From a virus (Duplodnaviria > Heunggongvirae > Uroviricota > Caudoviricetes): a stretch of 60,487 nucleotides of DNA. How positions within the stretch are numbered: position 1 is the first letter of the stretch; the number at the start of each line of letters is the position of its first letter. Of this stretch, positions 25,758 to 35,000 are shown piece after piece. Under the pieces are notes generated by a model. The model worked only from the letters and a program-made list of their open reading frames with translations. It ran no database searches and was not told where the DNA came from. The stretch spans positions 87,199-147,685 of IMG/VR virus record IMGVR_UViG_3300018481_000002; one strand, 5' to 3'. The position numbers and the translations under genes were made by a program.

Positions 25758-25954
25758 TGTGGGAGTGGTTGGAGGAGTTCAGATCGGAGGGGCCGCTGTG
25801 GCCCTTTCTGCTGTTCCCGCTGGCCGTGGTCCTCTTCAGGATCGCTCGGTGGCTTGAACTGCCCGACTCTGTCCCCGACACCCTCCTAGGAACTGGAACT
25901 GTGGAGGATGTTCATGAGCGTGCCAGTAAGGGATTTCCTGAAGCGTCGGCGTGA
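25757..25954 (+). CDS. Possible small membrane protein
   Basis: TGATG coupling; one hydrophobic segment; overlaps the next ORF. Confidence 0.4.
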   Translation: MWEWLEEFRSEGPLWPFLLFPLAVVLFRIARWLELPDSVPDTLLGTGTVEDVHERASKGFPEASA

Positions 25955-26186
25955 CCGAGTTGTGGGATCCATTTTGGGGTACGCGGAACGTGAGATTTTC
26001 AAAGATCTTTCCGCTGAGCAGCGTGAGGGGCTGCGTCAGGCGGTCATCGAGGCAGTGAACGGTTACCACGACTCTGTACTGGACCTGGTGAAGGCTGAAG
26101 ACAGCACGCGTAACGATCGGGTTGTTGAGCTTCTGGAGGATCTTCACTCCAAGATGCGCAGCGGCCAGCGTGTCGCGAATTTCTGA
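25914..26186 (+). CDS. Hypothetical protein
   Basis: GGAGG RBS 7 nt upstream; helical 90 aa. Confidence 0.7.
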   Translation: MSVPVRDFLKRRRDRVVGSILGYAEREIFKDLSAEQREGLRQAVIEAVNGYHDSVLDLVKAEDSTRNDRVVELLEDLHSKMRSGQRVANF

Positions 26187-26192
26187 CGGATG

Positions 26193-26220
26193 TTCATTCC
26201 GTTGTTCGTCTATCCGATGA
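26193..26220 (+). promoter_or_regulatory. Sigma28/WhiG-type late promoter (tail tube operon)
   Basis: TTCATT-N14-TCCGATGA in a 60-bp intergenic gap. Confidence 0.7.
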
Positions 26221-26246
26221 CCAGCCATGAAGGGTGGTGAAGAGCG

Positions 26247-26924
26247 TTGAAGATGACAGTTGTGATCCGGCCAGGGAAGAACGATTCCCTCGGACGCGAC
26301 ATGCACCGACGCGTTGCCGCCTTCACTGCTCAGGTCGAGACGGCGCGGAACACGTCCGCGCAGATCGCCACCCAGTCCTCTCTGAGCTACATCAAGCGCA
26401 AGCGCCCAGTTGCTCCCCCGCGCCTGGGCCGCAACCAGGAACACATCAAGGACGTCATCAAGTGGCGACCAGTTCCGTCGCTCCCCTCTGGTGTGGGTCT
26501 GAACGTGACCGAACTGAACAACCGTGCCAAGCACTGGATCATCCAGGAGATCGGCACCGGTAGCCGGGCCACCGTAAAGGTGGCTGGCCGTCCAAACCCC
26601 AAGGGCCGTCCGACCGTGGGGTCTGCGTACGTGAAGACCGTGAAGTCCCAGGTGGGACGTCGGGTCAGCAACGCGCTGGTGTTCGCCACCGGCCCTGGTG
26701 GCAAGTGGGTGAAGCCCAAGAAGGGTGCCACCAACCAGCAGCTGTACCTGCGGTCCAACATCAAGAAGGTTCCGTACACCAACAACCGAAGTCAGCCCGG
26801 CATCATCATCGGCAAAGAGATCGATGGCCAGCACTTCGTCAGGCTTGGTGGACACACAGGCTTCCGTGAGTACCGAAGGTCGGTCTACGCGGCAGCGCGG
26901 CAGCAGTTCCGGAGGAACAGGTGA
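26247..26924 (+). CDS. HK97-gp10-like tail completion protein
   Basis: Basic protein with HWIIQEIGT motif, immediately upstream of the major tail protein. Confidence 0.6.
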   Translation: MKMTVVIRPGKNDSLGRDMHRRVAAFTAQVETARNTSAQIATQSSLSYIKRKRPVAPPRLGRNQEHIKDVIKWRPVPSLPSGVGLNVTELNNRAKHWIIQEIGTGSRATVKVAGRPNPKGRPTVGSAYVKTVKSQVGRRVSNALVFATGPGGKWVKPKKGATNQQLYLRSNIKKVPYTNNRSQPGIIIGKEIDGQHFVRLGGHTGFREYRRSVYAAARQQFRRNR

Positions 26925-26995
26925 GGGACTTGTTCCAAGGAGCGTGCGTCGTGAGTACATGCCCATGCCTAGAAGAATGGAGGTGAGATAGGCAC

Positions 26996-28528
26996 ATGGC
27001 GATCAAGGCAGGACAGATCCTGCACGTGATGAACCAGTTCGTCGTCGACCGCATTCAGACGGCAGGCCCCGGCGACCTGAACATCCCGCAGGAGAAGGTC
27101 TACGAGCTGGGTAACTACCAGTCGGTGGGCATCGTTCGCGACGTTCCGGACCTGTCTTTCAACCTTGAGTGTCTCGACGTAGACACTGAGGTTGAGGCGC
27201 TGCTCGTTGGCCGGACGGATCCCTACGGGGACACGACCAGCACGAAGTACGAGCTGGCCCTGAACAAGGCCGTCGACATCGTCAGCCCGTGGAAGACGCC
27301 CTATGGGGAGTTCGCTGCGGTCAACGGTGTGGCTGTCCCGGGCCTGGCCCTGGAGAGCGCGTCCTACCGTTACGGGCTTCAGGAGAATGCGGGAGAGACC
27401 TTCACCCTCAACGGTGACGCGATCTACTACACCCCTGGACACCCGTGGCAGGACGTTTTTGTCGGCGACGGTTCGACTGTCGCTTACGCGTTCGACAACG
27501 GTCCGGCGCTTCTGTACTCCGAGGGTGGCACGAGCTTCTACGCTCTGTCGGTCTCGGTGAATGGTGTGCGTTTGACTCAGATCCCGCGTGCGGACTTGGC
27601 GGCTGCGACTACGGCTGGTGACACTGAGGTGTACGCACCGCAGACCACGGCTACCGCTGGTATCGAGTTTGCGATTGCTCCGGCTCTCAACGCGGTCATC
27701 AGCGTTGTCTACGCTTCGGCGGTCGACGGTGACTACCCGCAGACTGGGGTTACTCCGTACGGCACGGGTACTGGCCACCTCACTCACCAGAGTGTGGCGG
27801 TCAAGCCTGCGGCTATCCGGGGTAAGGACATCGACGTCTACTTTGCGACGTTGAGTGCTGTTGGTGGCGGTGTCACCAACAAGGCGCTGACGTCCAACGT
27901 GGCGACGATCACCACTTCGACTTCGCACGGTCTCACGACTGGCGACCTGGTTGTGGTGGCCATCGGTGACGCGGTGTTTGACGGCACCTACACGGTGGCT
28001 TCGACGCCGACCGGTACCACGTTCACTTACGCCAGGACCAACGCGAATGTCACTTCGACGGCTGCGACTGGTACTGCGAGTGAGTCGATCGAATCTCGTT
28101 GGCCCGACGTTCAGTCGGCCACCGTCGAGTGGCGGGTCACCCTGGAGGAGGACTACGAGTTCGGTAACGCTCGCGCGGTCTCGCGTGAGGCGACCGATGT
28201 TCCGGCTGTGACCGGGTCCATCGAGATCCGTCCTCGGTCCGTGGAGGCGTTCTTCGCGCGTCTGCGGCAGATCACGGGTGTTGCTGCTGGCCAGGTCATC
28301 GGCCCGCAGTCCTCGGTTGTTGGTGCCCTTCGTATCGAGCTCCGCAACCCGGAGTCCGGTGGTTCCACCGCTGTCGCGGCTGGTACCGTGCTGAAGACGC
28401 ACTACATCCCGGATGCTCGCTTCACGATCCCTGGCTACTCTGGCCAGGTTCAGCAGAAGCTGAATGTTACGGTCAATTTTGAGTCTGACGGTGGCGTTCT
28501 GGAGGTCTTCAAGGGCCCCCGAGCCTGA
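26996..28528 (+). CDS. Major tail (tube) protein with inserted accessory domains
   Basis: 510 aa, strong codon bias, followed by a terminator; internal ATITTSTSHGLTTGDLVVV...FDGTYTV...TTFTY module. Confidence 0.8.
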   Translation: MAIKAGQILHVMNQFVVDRIQTAGPGDLNIPQEKVYELGNYQSVGIVRDVPDLSFNLECLDVDTEVEALLVGRTDPYGDTTSTKYELALNKAVDIVSPWKTPYGEFAAVNGVAVPGLALESASYRYGLQENAGETFTLNGDAIYYTPGHPWQDVFVGDGSTVAYAFDNGPALLYSEGGTSFYALSVSVNGVRLTQIPRADLAAATTAGDTEVYAPQTTATAGIEFAIAPALNAVISVVYASAVDGDYPQTGVTPYGTGTGHLTHQSVAVKPAAIRGKDIDVYFATLSAVGGGVTNKALTSNVATITTSTSHGLTTGDLVVVAIGDAVFDGTYTVASTPTGTTFTYARTNANVTSTAATGTASESIESRWPDVQSATVEWRVTLEEDYEFGNARAVSREATDVPAVTGSIEIRPRSVEAFFARLRQITGVAAGQVIGPQSSVVGALRIELRNPESGGSTAVAAGTVLKTHYIPDARFTIPGYSGQVQQKLNVTVNFESDGGVLEVFKGPRA

Positions 28529-28535
28529 CCTAGTC

Positions 28536-28574
28536 AACCGAACCCCGTTCCTCGCTGAGGGACGGGGTTCGGTT
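28536..28574 (+). terminator. Terminator hairpin
   Basis: AACCGAACCCCGT...ACGGGGTTCGGTT. Confidence 0.75.
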
Positions 28575-28611
28575 CATTCCGGATGGTGTTACCTAATGTT
28601 GATGACGTGGA

Positions 28612-28639
28612 TCTAATCTCAGGGTTGCGGTGTCGATCT
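28612..28639 (+). promoter_or_regulatory. Sigma28/WhiG-type promoter (leaderless)
   Basis: TCTAAT-N14-GTCGATCT ending 7 nt before the ATG at 28646, which has no RBS. Confidence 0.6.
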
Positions 28640-28645
28640 CAGACC

Positions 28646-29764
28646 ATGAAGCACCCCATCTATGCCGTGATCGGCGTCGTGTTGTCCACGCTGCTCTGCG
28701 TCGTAGGCTTCTCCCAAGCCACGTCAGCAAAGCCAGGTGACACGAAGGCGGCGAGGAGACCGTCGCCTACGAGAACCGTGACGGTGACAGCTACCGTCCC
28801 CGGTCCGACCGTGACAGCAACAGTGACCGCGACAGCTACGGTTACTGCGACTGTCACCGCGACTGTGACTGCGTCGCCGTCCCCCACGGCCACCCAGACG
28901 ACCCCCACGTCCACTCCTACTTCGACCCCCACGAGTCCGGGGACGGCGTTCCCCAACTTGGACACGACAGGTGTTCCAGCTGGATGGGTTCCCACCTCGA
29001 CTCGGACGACCAACCTGGTCATCAGCACCCCAGGGACAGTTGTGACGGATGTCCGTTTGGACAACAGCGCCAACATCATCGTGAACGCCGCGAATGTCAC
29101 CTTGCGGCGGGTCCATCTGCGTGGCGGCTACATCGAGAACTTCGCGGGGTCCACCTGTCACAACGGGCTACTGATCGAAGACTCCACCCTTGAGCCACCG
29201 GTCGGCCAGAGTGCCTACCCGGTCGAACGCTGGCGGATCGGAACAGGTGGCTACACCGCTCGTGGTGTCGAGCTGATCAACGCCCCAGACGGCTACCGGG
29301 TGGGTGGCGACTCTGGTGGATGTGGTCCAGTGACCATCGAGAACTCCTTCATCTCGGTCAAGCCTCCCCAGACCTGTGGGGACTGGCACGGTGACGGCAT
29401 CCAGGGCTACGACGGACCCCACGTGAACGTCCTGAACACGACCATCGACATGGACGCAACCGGGTGTGGTGGCACCGCGCCGTTCTTCGTTCCTTCAGGG
29501 CAGGGCAACACCTCGGCCACCGTCGACCGGCTTCTGATCGCAGGACCCAACGGGAACTATTCGTTCCGCATGGGCGTGCCAGGAACTGTGAACCACCTGC
29601 GGATCGAGAACAACGGTTGGTCCTACGGTCCGTTGGATGTGAAGTGCTCGGTCATCCCTTCGTGGGAGGCGAAGATCGTTGGTCCGGTAGATCGTACGGC
29701 GGGCGGCTATGCCGAACCTGCCACGGTGCGAGACCAGCCGTGCAACACGGAGGGCGGTTCCTGA
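28646..29764 (+). CDS. Secreted protein with Thr/Pro linker and right-handed beta-helix (pectin lyase-like) domain
   Basis: Signal peptide MKHPIYAVIGVVLSTLLCVVGFSQATSA; (TVTA)n linker; VTIENSFI...HGDGIQ beta-helix pattern. Confidence 0.75.
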   Translation: MKHPIYAVIGVVLSTLLCVVGFSQATSAKPGDTKAARRPSPTRTVTVTATVPGPTVTATVTATATVTATVTATVTASPSPTATQTTPTSTPTSTPTSPGTAFPNLDTTGVPAGWVPTSTRTTNLVISTPGTVVTDVRLDNSANIIVNAANVTLRRVHLRGGYIENFAGSTCHNGLLIEDSTLEPPVGQSAYPVERWRIGTGGYTARGVELINAPDGYRVGGDSGGCGPVTIENSFISVKPPQTCGDWHGDGIQGYDGPHVNVLNTTIDMDATGCGGTAPFFVPSGQGNTSATVDRLLIAGPNGNYSFRMGVPGTVNHLRIENNGWSYGPLDVKCSVIPSWEAKIVGPVDRTAGGYAEPATVRDQPCNTEGGS

Positions 29765-29771
29765 TCCAACC

Positions 29772-29810
29772 TCGAACGGCCCATCCCTTGACCCGGGGAT
29801 GGGCCGTTCG
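29772..29810 (+). terminator. Terminator hairpin
   Basis: CGAACGGCCCATCCC...GGGATGGGCCGTTCG. Confidence 0.7.
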
Positions 29811-29915
29811 TTATGTTGTTCGACTGTTGTCTAGCACTCGAAAGGAGGTTCGATGTGGGAGTCCGAAACTAGGGGCGACCAGGGACAGCCCCTGGTTTAG
29901 CCCCTTGGAGGACAA

Positions 29916-30107
29916 GTGGCTGGCAACAACAAGGCGGCTAGCCGTCGCGCTAAGGATCAGGCGATGGCTGAACGTCTCCGCAAGCTCGGCGTGCGTCGCA
30001 CTTCTGGTGCGTGCCCCATGGGTTGCGGTGCCCAGGTTGGACTTGGTGGTCAGGGACTCTTGAACCACCTGCGTATGTGTGGAGGACCGAAGAAGCGCCG
30101 CGTCTGA
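29916..30107 (+). CDS. Small basic Zn-finger-like protein
   Basis: GGAGG RBS; CPMGC...LLNHLRMC; K/R-rich. Confidence 0.7.
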   Translation: MAGNNKAASRRAKDQAMAERLRKLGVRRTSGACPMGCGAQVGLGGQGLLNHLRMCGGPKKRRV

Positions 30108-30114
30108 ACGCGAG

Positions 30115-30146
30115 GAAAGGCCCCGGATCGAAACCCGGGGCCTTTC
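30115..30146. terminator. Bidirectional terminator
   Basis: GAAAGGCCCCGG...CCGGGGCCTTTC; also closes array E. Confidence 0.8.
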
Positions 30147-30148
30147 TC

Positions 30149-30235
30149 ATGCCTCGCTTCGCCTCTGCATCGCCAAGCCTTGCCTACGCCGTGGCACGCC
30201 TTGCCAAACCTTGCCGGGCCGGGCCACGCAATGTC
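30149..30235 (-). ncRNA. GGY-NN pentamer array E (orphan candidate guide RNA)
   Basis: gacat tgcgt ggccc ggccc ggcaa ggttt ggcaa ggcgt gccac ggcgt(a) ggcaa ggctt ggcga tgcag(a) ggcga agcga ggcat; fills the space exactly between a stop codon and a terminator. Confidence 0.8.
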
Positions 30236-30595
30236 TCATCGCACGTTGCTGTACAGGGAGGTCCCTGCGACAAACTGCCCCTTCCAGTTCCAGTTGTTCA
30301 TGACCCAGGACTGGAACTCGTGGTCATCCAGTTCGACGTGGTCCTCGACCTCCATCTCCAACCTGGCGATCACCAGGTCGTAGGAGTCGAGGTAGTGCTT
30401 CGGCTTCGGGAGTTCGCTGAGCGGCGTCAAGGTGATGACACCCTCCTTGGTGGCCAGGTCTGAGGCCTTCTTCAGAGCCTTGGTGGCCTCCTTCTTCCAG
30501 ACCTTCTTGGCCTTCTCGAACTCCTTCTTGTGCTCTTCGCGGTTCGTCTTCAGCTTCGTCAACAGGTCGTCTTTGCTGACCTTGGTTAGATCCAC
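30236..30595 (-). CDS. Conserved phage hypothetical protein
   Basis: LLTKLKTNREEHKKEF...YDLVIARLEM...ELDDHEFQSWVMNNWNWK; GAGGAGG RBS. Confidence 0.8.
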   Translation of the reverse strand: MDLTKVSKDDLLTKLKTNREEHKKEFEKAKKVWKKEATKALKKASDLATKEGVITLTPLSELPKPKHYLDSYDLVIARLEMEVEDHVELDDHEFQSWVMNNWNWKGQFVAGTSLYSNVR

Positions 30596-30774
30596 TCTGC
30601 CTCCTCAGGCATCTAAAGGGTGGGCGACCTAACAGCTAGCACTCTCTCTGGTCCTGTCGGAGACCGTCGAGAGCCTGGGTCTTGGAGCGGGGGAGCTCCG
30701 CAGGGTCCCTGGTTTGCCGCCCGTCTACTACGGGCCCTTTTTCGAACCTTCATTCTAGCACTCTGTGGGCCAGA

Positions 30775-30802
30775 TTCATTCCCCCGCCAAGGCTGTCGAT
30801 GA
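30775..30802 (+). promoter_or_regulatory. Sigma28/WhiG-type late promoter (chaperone-tape measure operon)
   Basis: TTCATT-N14-GTCGATGA. Confidence 0.72.
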
Positions 30803-30865
30803 CCCGTCGAAGCTACCGACCGGAAGTGCGTGGTCGGCTGGCCAGGAACAGAGACAGGACGGGCT

Positions 30866-31786
30866 ATGACCTCAAGGAACATCCGCGCACGCAGGATGCT
30901 CAGCGATCTCTTCGCTGAAGGCGTCGAAATCCGTTTCGGACGAGACGAAGAAGGCAACAGCTGGGGTAAGATCGGCCCCTTCCTCGATAGCCGAGGTGAC
31001 CGGGCAGCACTGCCCGACGACCAGGTGGCTATGTACATCCGTCCTGCTGACCCTCTCCAGAGGGACATGTCGATGCGGGAAGCCAACGCTCGCCGTGCCC
31101 GTGCTCTCGTCAGGGCCAAGCGCGACAAGGACTCCGAAGAGCACCTCACTATTGTCGCGTTTCTTACCGACATGTCTGACGAGACACTTATCGATTATAT
31201 TTTGATGGGTGATACGCAGTATCGGCAGGCCGAAGCTGAACGCGAGATCCTCGCCATGGATGAGTGGAAGGAAATGGACGCGTATCAGGATGCGATGCGG
31301 CAGTTCGACAACGTCCCCGTCGAGGACCTGGCCGACAACGAGGAGTGGGAAGCGCTCCTGGAGTTGGACCGGAAGTACGGCAAGCAGCTGACTGACCGCG
31401 AGAAGGAACTGCGGGACGCTCAGCGTGAGGTGCTGCGGATGCAGACCAACGCAGGGCAGCGGCAGGAACTGGAAAACAAGGCCTTGGAGCGTCGGGCTGA
31501 GCTGGTAGGTACGCAGGCGTTCATGGACGAGTACGAGCTGTGCATGCAGTTCTACTCAGTGAGGGACGTGGACGACAACTCGAAGACGTTCTTCGATAAG
31601 CCAGAGGAGCTAGCACAGCAACCTCAGGTGGTACGGGACACGATCAATGAAGCTCTCCTGCCGTTCATCACAGACGTGGAGTCGGCAAAAAACTCGCGAA
31701 GGGCGGTGTCTGGCTCGGAGCCGTCAGAGCCGCCCAGCAAGCCGGAGACTTCAGAGCCCTCTACCCCCGAGGCGCAGACCGCCTGA
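30866..31786 (+). CDS. Tail assembly chaperone (gpG-like)
   Basis: Between MTP and TMP; carries a slippery site near its 3' end. Confidence 0.8.
   Translation: MTSRNIRARRMLSDLFAEGVEIRFGRDEEGNSWGKIGPFLDSRGDRAALPDDQVAMYIRPADPLQRDMSMREANARRARALVRAKRDKDSEEHLTIVAFLTDMSDETLIDYILMGDTQYRQAEAEREILAMDEWKEMDAYQDAMRQFDNVPVEDLADNEEWEALLELDRKYGKQLTDREKELRDAQREVLRMQTNAGQRQELENKALERRAELVGTQAFMDEYELCMQFYSVRDVDDNSKTFFDKPEELAQQPQVVRDTINEALLPFITDVESAKNSRRAVSGSEPSEPPSKPETSEPSTPEAQTA
31687..31693 (+). other. -1 programmed ribosomal frameshift site A-AAA-AAC
   Basis: In-frame GCA AAA AAC; the -1 frame is open (KKLAKGGVWLG...TDIPWFLQVAVEQ...) through to the stop at 32046. Confidence 0.88.
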
Positions 31787-32046
31787 CAGACATCCCGTGG
31801 TTCTTGCAGGTGGCCGTGGAACAAGCACTGACGATCATCAGCTGGATGCAGAATCTTCCTGAAGATGAGATCCCTCCGGAGCACTTGTGGGAGGACACAG
31901 AGGGACTGGAACTGTGGTGGAAAGCCGTCGATGTTAAGCGTAAGGACGGAGCATCCATCAGTAGGGGACCGACTGATCACGCCCAAGACGATCAAGGCCC
32001 GCAACAGACCGAGAACGACTACGCGCGGTTCTTGAAGCGAGGGTAG
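31688..32046 (+). CDS. Frameshift extension of the tail chaperone (gpGT-like C-terminus)
   Basis: The -1 frame includes the ORF 31804-32046 and ends just before the TMP. Confidence 0.82.
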
Positions 32047-32049
32047 GCA

Positions 32050-35000
32050 GTGGCCAGTAAGGACGACTTCTTCGTCACTTTCGGCTCGAACGCCAAGGAG
32101 TGGGCGGCGGGTCTTGAGGCTCAGCTGAAGCCTGCCCGCAAGTCTGTGCAGAACCTTCAGAACCTGCTTGACGCTGCCACGAAGAGCGCTGGTGGCATCA
32201 CTGAGGAGATGTCCCGGGCTCTGGGTCACTCTCTCCCGAAGGACACCAGGCCGCCTCCGGCGACACGGACTCACGTCACCGCTGCTCAGGGGCTTGGGGA
32301 GCTGACGAACGAGGTCGCTGCTGTTGTTGCCGCGTTGAAGACGATCCCTGCGTCGGTTGCCAACGTGAAGCGGAGCCTCACCCAGCACGCGAATGACCTG
32401 GACTCCAACAACCGTGTCCAGCAGCGGCAGGGTGCTGGTGGGTTGTTCCAGCAGGGCAAGGTTTCGTCTGCTGAGAATGCGGTCAACAACTCCTTGAACC
32501 GTCTTCTCAAGGGCGGCATCGACGTCAACATTCCTGACCCTGCACGGCTTGTCCCGCAAATGAACATCCGTTCAGTTGGGATGGACGCGATCCAGAAGTC
32601 TCAGATCGACCGGATCGTGAAGGCCATCGAACGGCAGACCAAGGACCTGACGAAGGCCTTGAAGAACGTGAAGGTCACCGACGGGCCCACGGGCGGAGGT
32701 GGCGGTGGCGGTACTGCCATCGCTGAGACTGCTCCGCTGAAGAACAAGACTGGGAAGAAGCCTTCCACGAAGAAGCTCCCCGAGGTGGTCGAGGCCGAGA
32801 AGGCTTTGGACGCCCGTCGAAAGGAGCTGGTCGACCTTGAGAAGAAGATCGTCGGGCTCACCACGGCGATCTCGGGTGGAGCGAAGGTTGACTCGTCTGA
32901 GTTGGACAAGCTGAAGGCTCAGCGCACCGCGAAGGCGAAGGAAGTTGCTGCGCTGGAGCGGCTGGACACCACCATCACCAGGGGTGACCAGAAGAAGGCA
33001 CGTAGGGCCCAGGCCGCTGCTGAACGTGCAGCGCAAGAGCAGAAGCTGAACGAGGCCCGTGAGCGGGGTCTGTCGGCGTTCAACACGTTGATGGACCCGA
33101 ACTTCGGTATCGGTCAGGTCGGCAAGGGGAAGGGTCTCCTCAAGGGGAAAGACCTTCGGTACATGGCCGATGTCATGTCCACGGTTGGGACACCCGTCAG
33201 TTACGGCAAGAAGACCACCAACGACCAGCTGGTGGAGCGTCTCCTGGCTGGCCGCGCGTCTCACATCCAGGCTTACGGGTCAGTTCCGCCTGACCAGCTG
33301 ACTGGCCGCATCAAGGGGAAGCCTGACCAGATCTCCAAGGCGGTGGTGAAGCTCTTCAACGACATCGAGTCCGCCATCGAGTTGGCTGATGAGCAGATCA
33401 ACGCGAAGGCGATCACCGCGCTGAACACGGCGACTGGTGGTGGACGTGCCAGCGGTATCGGCAAGTCCCGCACCGAGTACGGTGCCGCGTTCTTCGATGA
33501 CGCGTTGCCGTTGTCCCGTGGTGCCGGTGGTCTCACCTCTGAGGTGGACGCTGCACGGAACATCCTGAAGCAGCTGCCTGACATCACCGGGTTCGCCACG
33601 GAGAACCTGCGGCGCAAGAAGTTCGACCCGTACAGCCCGGAGATGATGTCTGGGGTCGAGGGTGGCGGCACTAGGGCCACTGCGTTCCGGCTGCTGATCC
33701 GGGCGTTGCGTGATGAGACGACGAGGATCGACGAGCTCGTCGACACCTACGCGGACTTGAAGCGGTCCATCGATGCGAACGACCCGAAGTCGATCCAGTC
33801 GTACCTGAACCGTTTCGACGCCCGTCGAGAAGAGGGACGTCTCAAGGCAACTGACACCCCGGAGGCTGAGCAGGACGCGATCCGGCGTCTGGCAGCGAAC
33901 CAGCGTGCCATCAACGACATCGAGCGTCAGTATGGCGACTTGTTCAGCGACCCGAAGTTCCTTGAGGGTCGGGAGCGCCGTCGTGATTCCCGCATGGAGT
34001 ATGAGGAGCGGCAGAACCAGGGTCGCTACCAGCTCACCGACTATGACGCTATCCAGCAGGCGTACGGCCAGGCTGTCGTCGGTCTCAGGAACGCCATCGG
34101 TTCCCGCGAGACCATCTCCAACCTTCCTGGTCTGCGATACCACGAGCGTGGCGAGTTCCAGGGCCGTCTGAGCCCGAGGGACCCCCGTGACCGGGCCATC
34201 TCCAACGAAGACCTGAAGACGCTGAACAGCACGTTCTCCCAGTTCCAACGGTCGGCCAGAACTGTCCTGACTGGCGTGAAGAAGGGCGAGACCCTCGACA
34301 CCAAGGGTCTTGCCCAGGCCATGGACTTCATGGAGACGTCCGCGAACAACTTCGCGAACAAGCTGTTCAGCCTGTTCGGTACTGGTCCCACCGTTGAGGG
34401 GCTGATCGGTCAGAAGCCGACCAACGAGACTGTCATCGCTGACGAGACTGAGCGTCTCGCCACCTTGGACAAGTTGGAGCAAGAGCGCGCTCGGAAGATG
34501 AAGGCTGCTCCTGCGGAGAAGTTGGCTCGGGCGGAGTACACGGAGGCGCAGACCAAGGAGCAACTCGCTGCCGCGAAGAAGCGGGAGCGTGAGGTTTCGA
34601 AGCGTCTGACTGAGACGAGTGCTCTGGCTGCTGCGAGCTACGCGCAGCTGACCCAGGCGCAGAAGACTGAGTACGACAAGCATGTGGCGTTGGCTGTTGC
34701 GTTGGAGCAGCAGGCTGATGCGGTTCGTCAGCAGATCTCTGCGCAGAGCAACATCACCAAGCAGGTCAACCCGCAGGGGAAGCTTGAGTACTCCCCGAAC
34801 GAGCTTCCTCCGAGCGCCACCAAGGAGCAGCAGCTTGAGAGAGAGGTCACCAGCGACCTGATCCAGCAGTACGCGCGGCTGAAGGGTGAGGCTGGCGCTG
34901 CTCGCGCGGCTGCTGGTCGCGCAGGTGCGACGGTAACTACGACATCCGTCGAAACCCGGAAGATGACTGCTGCCGAGCGGAAGTACGCCGCGAAGCTGGA

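Noticed and set aside
28780-28940. ACNGTGACN-type tandem repeats
   Set aside because: They encode the Thr/Val/Pro linker of the secreted protein; a coding repeat, not a separate element
30011-30463. ORFs crossing array E (30011-30463, 30079-30303, 30180-30383) and the array C region (20185-20442)
   Set aside because: They span terminators or overlap well-supported opposite-strand genes, and their translations are repeat-derived low-complexity sequence
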